From: an uncultured Actinomycetota bacterium
Lineage (GTDB): Bacteria > Actinomycetota > Actinomycetes > JAFAQI01
Direction: 5' to 3'
Assembly (NCBI GenBank): GCA_963770565.1
Contig: CAVYQE010000008.1
Location: 96,001-160,000, forward strand
DNA length: 64,000 nucleotides
In this document: positions 59,193-64,000 of the stretch, in pieces
Position numbering within the stretch: position 1 is the stretch's first letter
Layout of the letters: every line of letters starts with the position of its first letter
Made by a program: the position numbers and the translations under genes
Notes under the pieces: generated by a model
What the model saw: the letters and a program-made list of their open reading frames with translations, nothing else
Database searches by the model: none
Told to the model about the DNA's origin: nothing

Positions 59193-61163
59193 GTGAGGTC
59201 GATCCTCGTCGCCAATCGGGCCGAGATCGCCCGACGAATCTTCCGGACCGCACGGGCAATGGGCCTTTCGACGGCAGCGGTCTTCAGCGATGCCGACGCG
59301 GACCTCCCGTTCGTGCGGGAGGCCGACCAGTCGGTGCGCTTGCCGGGCAACGCGGCCACCGACACCTACCTGCGCGTTGATCTGATCCTCGCGGCGGCCG
59401 GCCTGGTCGGCGCGGATGCGATCCATCCCGGCTATGGCTTCCTGGCCGAAAGCGCAGAGTTCGCGCAGGCGGTGATCGACGCGGGCCTGACCTGGGTCGG
59501 CCCGGCACCGGCCGCGATCGCGGCGATGGGGTCGAAGCTCGAGGCAAAGCGGCTGATGGTCGAGGCCGGCGTACCGACGTTGCCGTGGGCGACCGATCCG
59601 GCCGCTGCGGCCGAGGTCGGGTTTCCGTTGTTGGTAAAGGCATCGGCCGGCGGTGGCGGTCGCGGCATGCGGCTGGTTCGCAGTGCCGATCAGCTCGGCG
59701 ACGCGGTCGAGGCGGCCGGCCGCGAGGCGGCGTCCGCGTTCGGTGACGCGACCGTCTTCCTGGAGCGCTATCTCGAGGCGCCACGGCACATCGAGGTGCA
59801 GGTCCTCGCCGACGCCCACGGCAACGTCGTCTCGCTGTTCGAGCGGGAGTGCTCGATCCAGCGGCGCCACCAGAAGATCATCGAGGAGTCCCCGTCGCCG
59901 GTGGTCGACGCCTCAATGCGCGCTGAACTGAGCGCAGCGGCTGTGGCCGCCGCAAGAGCGGTCGGGTACGTCGGCGCCGGGACGGTGGAGTTCGTCGTCG
60001 CGGACGACGGGTCGTACTACTTCCTCGAGATGAACACCCGGTTGCAGGTCGAGCACCCCGTCACCGAGCTCGTGACCGGGCTGGACCTGGTGCGGCTTCA
60101 GTTGATGGTGGCCGATGGGTTGGCGTTGCCGGCCGAGGCGCTGGCGCCCGAGCTGTCCGGGCACGCGATTGAAGCCCGGTTGTGTGCTGAGGACGCCGCC
60201 AACGGCTTCCTGCCGTCGACCGGTGCGCTGCGCGACTTCGAGATCGCGCCCGGCGTGCGGATCGACAGCGGAGTCGAATCCGGGAGCGTCGTGTCCCCGT
60301 ACTACGACTCGCTGCTGGCCAAGGTCGTTGCCCATGCGCCGACCCGGGCCGGCGCGGCGGCCGTGCTCGCGTCCGCGCTGCGGCGTTCCCGGCTGCATGG
60401 TGTGACGACGAACCGCGACCTGCTCGTCCGGGTCCTCGAAGACCCGGAGTTCCTCGACGGGCGGACCGACACCGGCTTCCTCGACCGCCGGGACGCCGGC
60501 GCGCTCGCGGCTCCGCTGCTCGACTCCGAGCCGGCCCACGCCGTGCATGCGGCGGTGGCCGCGGTCACCCGACAGATCGTGAACCGCATCCAGGCGCCGG
60601 TACTTTCGGGATTGCCGAGCGGCTGGCGCAACAATCCCTCAGCCCGGCAACGGGTGACGCTGTCCGCCGGCGCGGAGCATCGGGAAGTTGCGTACCTCGT
60701 CGGCTTGGACGGAGCGGTCACGCTCAGCGTCGACGGCGTACCGCTCGAGGTCGTGGTGCACTCGGCCGCCTACCACGTCGTCGACGCGACCATCGCCGGC
60801 GTCCGGCGGGGGTATCGCGTCTACGTATCGGCGGACGGGGCCGACGGTCAGACCATCGACGTCGACTCCGCGCTCGGCTCCTCGTCGTACGACGTCGTGC
60901 CGAGGTTCCCGGACCCGTTGGCGCATGTCGTTGCCGGGTCGCTGGTCGCACCGATGCCGGGGACCGTCGTACGGGTATTGGTCGACGCCGGCGCTGCCGT
61001 CGCGAAGGACCAGCCGCTCGTCGTACTCGAGGCGATGAAGATGGAGCACACCGTGACGAGCCCGGCGGCCGGCGTGGTGGTCGAGGTCAGGGCGGCGGCT
61101 GGCTGGCAGGTCGATGCGGGCGAGGTCCTCGCGGTCGTCGACGCCGCACCCCCGCCGAGTTGA
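59193..61163 (+). CDS. biotin carboxylase + BCCP subunit
   Basis: ILVANRAEIA, HPGYGFL, GGGGRGM, ECSIQRRHQK, EMNTRLQVEH, EAMKM; AAGGAG SD. Confidence 0.95.
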   Translation: MRSILVANRAEIARRIFRTARAMGLSTAAVFSDADADLPFVREADQSVRLPGNAATDTYLRVDLILAAAGLVGADAIHPGYGFLAESAEFAQAVIDAGLTWVGPAPAAIAAMGSKLEAKRLMVEAGVPTLPWATDPAAAAEVGFPLLVKASAGGGGRGMRLVRSADQLGDAVEAAGREAASAFGDATVFLERYLEAPRHIEVQVLADAHGNVVSLFERECSIQRRHQKIIEESPSPVVDASMRAELSAAAVAAARAVGYVGAGTVEFVVADDGSYYFLEMNTRLQVEHPVTELVTGLDLVRLQLMVADGLALPAEALAPELSGHAIEARLCAEDAANGFLPSTGALRDFEIAPGVRIDSGVESGSVVSPYYDSLLAKVVAHAPTRAGAAAVLASALRRSRLHGVTTNRDLLVRVLEDPEFLDGRTDTGFLDRRDAGALAAPLLDSEPAHAVHAAVAAVTRQIVNRIQAPVLSGLPSGWRNNPSARQRVTLSAGAEHREVAYLVGLDGAVTLSVDGVPLEVVVHSAAYHVVDATIAGVRRGYRVYVSADGADGQTIDVDSALGSSSYDVVPRFPDPLAHVVAGSLVAPMPGTVVRVLVDAGAAVAKDQPLVVLEAMKMEHTVTSPAAGVVVEVRAAAGWQVDAGEVLAVVDAAPPPS

Positions 61164-61224
61164 TCATGGCGAAACGCGCGTAGAAACTCGCGAAACAGCC
61201 GCATAACGCCATGATCAACTCGGC
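61154..61224. repeat. REP/MITE-like element with perfect 18-bp IR
   Basis: GCCGAGTTGATCATGGCG-35nt-CGCCATGATCAACTCGGC; contains the TGA stop of the biotin carboxylase. Confidence 0.8.
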
Positions 61225-61243
61225 ACTACGGTCCGGCACCGGT

Positions 61244-61269
61244 GGAACGGTTGTTGCGTCTCGTGCGTC
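61244..61269 (+). promoter_or_regulatory. ECF sigma-type promoter
   Basis: GGAAC-17nt-CGTC upstream of the DUF4349 gene. Confidence 0.5.
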
Positions 61270-61296
61270 CAACCCGCAGTCGAGTTGGAGGCCGAG

Positions 61297-62280
61297 ATGG
61301 CAGAACACAGCAGGGCACGACTAATCGGGTACGGCGTCCTCGCCGCCATCATCGTCCTGATCGTGACGGCGTTCGCGCTCGGCGGCGGCAATGGGTCGTC
61401 GGGGGAGTCGGCCGGCTCGGGGAGCGGCAGCACGATCGCCTCGGTCCCGAACCAGCAAGGCGGACGGTCGGCGGTCCAGAACGGGGCGGGGACTGCGCCA
61501 GAACCTGCCGCGACTGCGTCAGCGGTGTCAGGCAGCTCAGCCAATGGCTCGGTGGAGTCGGATGTGAACGTGGGCCTCGCCGTGGATGCGGTTACCGCGA
61601 CCAGCGTGGTGAAGACCGGCAACCTCGAGCTGCAGGTGGCCCGCGGACAGGTCCAGGCGACGCTCACGAAGCTGGTGAACCTCACCACCTCGCTGGGCGG
61701 ATATATCTCGCAGAGCCGCACCGACACCGTGCTCGGCTCGCCGACCGGGCAGCTCACGCTGCGAATGCCGGTGGCGAGGTTCGACTCGGCGGTCAGTAGC
61801 GCGGAAGCGCTCGGTCACGTCGTATCGCTGACGACCAACGCGCACGACGTGACCGGCCAGGTCGTCGACCTGGCGGCCCGGGTGTCCGCGCTGCAACAGA
61901 CCCGGTCGACGTACCTCACGATCCTGGGTCGGGCGCGGACGATCGGCGCCACCCTCGAGGTGCAGCAGCGGGTCGAGGACACGCAGCAGCAGATCGAGGA
62001 GCTGCAAGGCGAGCTCAAGGTCCTGCGCAACCAGAGTGCCGACGGCACGCTGACCATCGAGGTGTCGCAACCCGGGGCGAAGAACCACGTGGTCGTCACC
62101 CCCCACAAGAGTGGCGGGATCGGCAAGGCCTGGCACACCTCGATCAACCGGTTCAGCCGCGGTTTCGACGCGATCGTCAGCGCTCTCGGCCCGCTGCTTC
62201 TCGCGGTCCTAGTCCTCGCAGTCCTGGGCGCGATCGCCGGTCTCGGCTACCGCGGGGTGCGTCGCGCCACGTCGACCTGA
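61297..62280 (+). CDS. DUF4349-like membrane protein
   Basis: N-terminal TM, Ser/Gly linker, LTLRMP...DVTGQVVDL coiled coil, C-terminal TM. Confidence 0.85.
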   Translation: MAEHSRARLIGYGVLAAIIVLIVTAFALGGGNGSSGESAGSGSGSTIASVPNQQGGRSAVQNGAGTAPEPAATASAVSGSSANGSVESDVNVGLAVDAVTATSVVKTGNLELQVARGQVQATLTKLVNLTTSLGGYISQSRTDTVLGSPTGQLTLRMPVARFDSAVSSAEALGHVVSLTTNAHDVTGQVVDLAARVSALQQTRSTYLTILGRARTIGATLEVQQRVEDTQQQIEELQGELKVLRNQSADGTLTIEVSQPGAKNHVVVTPHKSGGIGKAWHTSINRFSRGFDAIVSALGPLLLAVLVLAVLGAIAGLGYRGVRRATST

Positions 62281-62302
62281 ATCCGAACCGTATTCTGATC
62301 GG

Positions 62303-63445
62303 GTGCAGAAGGATCTCTATGAGGCCGACCACGAAGCGTTCCGGGCGACGGTCCGAGGATTCATGGACCGCTACGTCATCCCGCAGCACGCGGAGTGGGA
62401 GAAAGCCGGCATCGTCGACCGCGGGATCTGGCTGGAGGCCGGCAAGCACGGGCTGCTGGGCTTCGAGCTTCCCGAGGAGTACGGCGGCGGGGGAGTCGCC
62501 GACTTCCGCTACAACGCGGTGCTGGTCGAGGAGATCACCCGGGCCGGCGCGACCGGGATCGGCTTCGGCCTGCACAACGACGTCGTCGCGCCGTACCTGA
62601 CCAAGCTGGCGACCGAGGAGCAGAAGGCCCGCTGGTTCCCGGGCTTCTGCTCCGGCGAGCTGATCACCGCGATCGCGATGAGCGAGCCGGCTGCCGGGTC
62701 GGACCTTCAAGGCATCCAGACCACCGCGGTCCGCGACGGCGACGCCTGGGTCCTGAACGGCTCCAAGACCTTCATCACCAACGGGATCAACTCCGACCTT
62801 GTCATCGTCGTGGCGAAGACCGATCCGGCCAAGGGCGCGCACGGCATCTCGCTGCTGATGGTCGAGCGCGGGATGGCCGGCTTCGAGCGCGGCCGCAACC
62901 TCGACAAGATCGGGTTGAAGGCGCAGGACACCGCCGAGTTGTTCTTCACCGATGTGCGGGTGCCGGTCACCAACCTGATCGGTGAGGAGAACCGCGGTTT
63001 CGTGCACCTGATGGACAACCTGCCCCAGGAGCGGCTCTCGATCGCGGTCGGTGCGGTCGCCGCGGCGGAGCACATCGTGGCGATGACGGTCGACTACTGC
63101 AAGACCCGTACCGCGTTCGGCCGCCCGATCGGCTCATTCCAGAACACCCGGTTCACCCTGGCCGAGTTCGCGACCGAGGTCGAGATCGCCCGGACCTACC
63201 TGGACCGGTCGATCCTCGAGCTGAACGCCGGCCGGCTCAGCGCGACCGATGCCGCGATGGCGAAGTGGTGGACGACCGAGATGCAGAAGCGGGTCGTTGA
63301 CGGGTGCCTGCAACTGTTCGGCGGCTACGGATATATGAACGAGTTCCCGATCGCGAAGGCATATCTCGACAGCCGCGTGCAGACCATCTACGGCGGCACG
63401 ACCGAGATCATGAAAGAGATCATCGGCCGATCGCTCGGCCTCTAG
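62303..63445 (+). CDS. acyl-CoA dehydrogenase (long-chain type)
   Basis: IAMSEPAAGSD, LNGSKTFITNG, QDTAELFF, QLFGGYGY, IYGGTTEIMK. Confidence 0.95.
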   Translation: MQKDLYEADHEAFRATVRGFMDRYVIPQHAEWEKAGIVDRGIWLEAGKHGLLGFELPEEYGGGGVADFRYNAVLVEEITRAGATGIGFGLHNDVVAPYLTKLATEEQKARWFPGFCSGELITAIAMSEPAAGSDLQGIQTTAVRDGDAWVLNGSKTFITNGINSDLVIVVAKTDPAKGAHGISLLMVERGMAGFERGRNLDKIGLKAQDTAELFFTDVRVPVTNLIGEENRGFVHLMDNLPQERLSIAVGAVAAAEHIVAMTVDYCKTRTAFGRPIGSFQNTRFTLAEFATEVEIARTYLDRSILELNAGRLSATDAAMAKWWTTEMQKRVVDGCLQLFGGYGYMNEFPIAKAYLDSRVQTIYGGTTEIMKEIIGRSLGL

Positions 63446-63491
63446 TGCCCGTCTGCCGGGCGTCGAGGTCGCTCGCGCTATGGTCGCCGCC

Positions 63492-64000
63492 GTGACTGGT
63501 CGCTACGGGATCACCTTCCCCTTCGACGGGATTGCGCTGCCCGACCAGCGCTCGATCGTCGAGTCGCTTCCGGACCTCGGCTACACCGACCTGTGGTCGG
63601 CGGAGTCCTTCGGGATGGACGGCTTCACGCCGCTCGCGCTCGCCAGCGTGTGGGCACCACAACTGCGGCTCGGTACGGCGATCATCCCGGTCTACACCCG
63701 CGGCCCGGCCACGCTGGCGATGTCGGCGGCCACGATGGCGGCCGCGGCGCCGGGACGGTTCGTGCTCGGGGTCGGTTCGTCGTCCAACGTCATTGTCGAG
63801 CAGTGGAACGGCATTCCCTTCGAGGCGCCGTACGCCAAGGTCCGCGACACCGTGCGGTTCGTGCGGGCGGCGATCGGTGGCGAGAAGGTGACTGCCGACT
63901 ACGAGACGGTGAAGGTCAACGGCTTCCGGATGGGCTTTGCGCCGCCGCAGCCGCCGACCATCCTGATCGCGGCGCTGCGCAGCGGGATGCTCCGGCTGGC
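63492..64000 (+). CDS. LLM-class (F420-dependent-like) oxidoreductase, truncated by the window end
   Basis: Translated by hand: LGYTDLWSAE..DGFTPLA...LRLGTAIIPVYTRGP...GRFVLGVGSS. Confidence 0.88.
   Translation, partial: MTGRYGITFPFDGIALPDQRSIVESLPDLGYTDLWSAESFGMDGFTPLALASVWAPQLRLGTAIIPVYTRGPATLAMSAATMAAAAPGRFVLGVGSSSNVIVEQWNGIPFEAPYAKVRDTVRFVRAAIGGEKVTADYETVKVNGFRMGFAPPQPPTILIAALRSGMLRL

Overview
High-GC actinobacterial chromosomal segment with about 60 mostly housekeeping genes; no rRNA, tRNA, integrase, transposase or cas gene was recognised. It contains: a rearranged equivalent of the mycobacterial Rv1472-Rv1475c neighbourhood (ABC-F ATPase, small HTH, enoyl-CoA hydratase, AcnR-type TetR, acnA); kynA; a PadR/ABC exporter/M1 aminopeptidase block; an M16 peptidase pair; murT-gatD; a GH15; a four-gene polysaccharide locus (GT2, GT-C, GH26 lipoprotein, GT-C); a codB-deaminase-upp salvage operon; cysG; dodecin; tldD/tldE; and an acyl-CoA carboxylase cluster. 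The most notable observations are: (1) the GT2 resembles, from memory, the fungal CelA/Tft1 clade and is paired with a GH26, suggesting a decorated beta-glucan or mannan pathway; (2) an 86-bp non-coding element occurs in three copies, each with three 13-bp palindromic boxes at an exact 31-bp period, and two copies bracket a 7-kb gene block; an unrelated tandem array also has a 31-bp period; (3) a candidate leaderless 5-codon uORF/attenuator lies ahead of the ABC-F gene; (4) leaderless promoter architecture is pervasive; (5) two probable single-base frameshifts are present. All family assignments come from motif reading and recall, not database searches.
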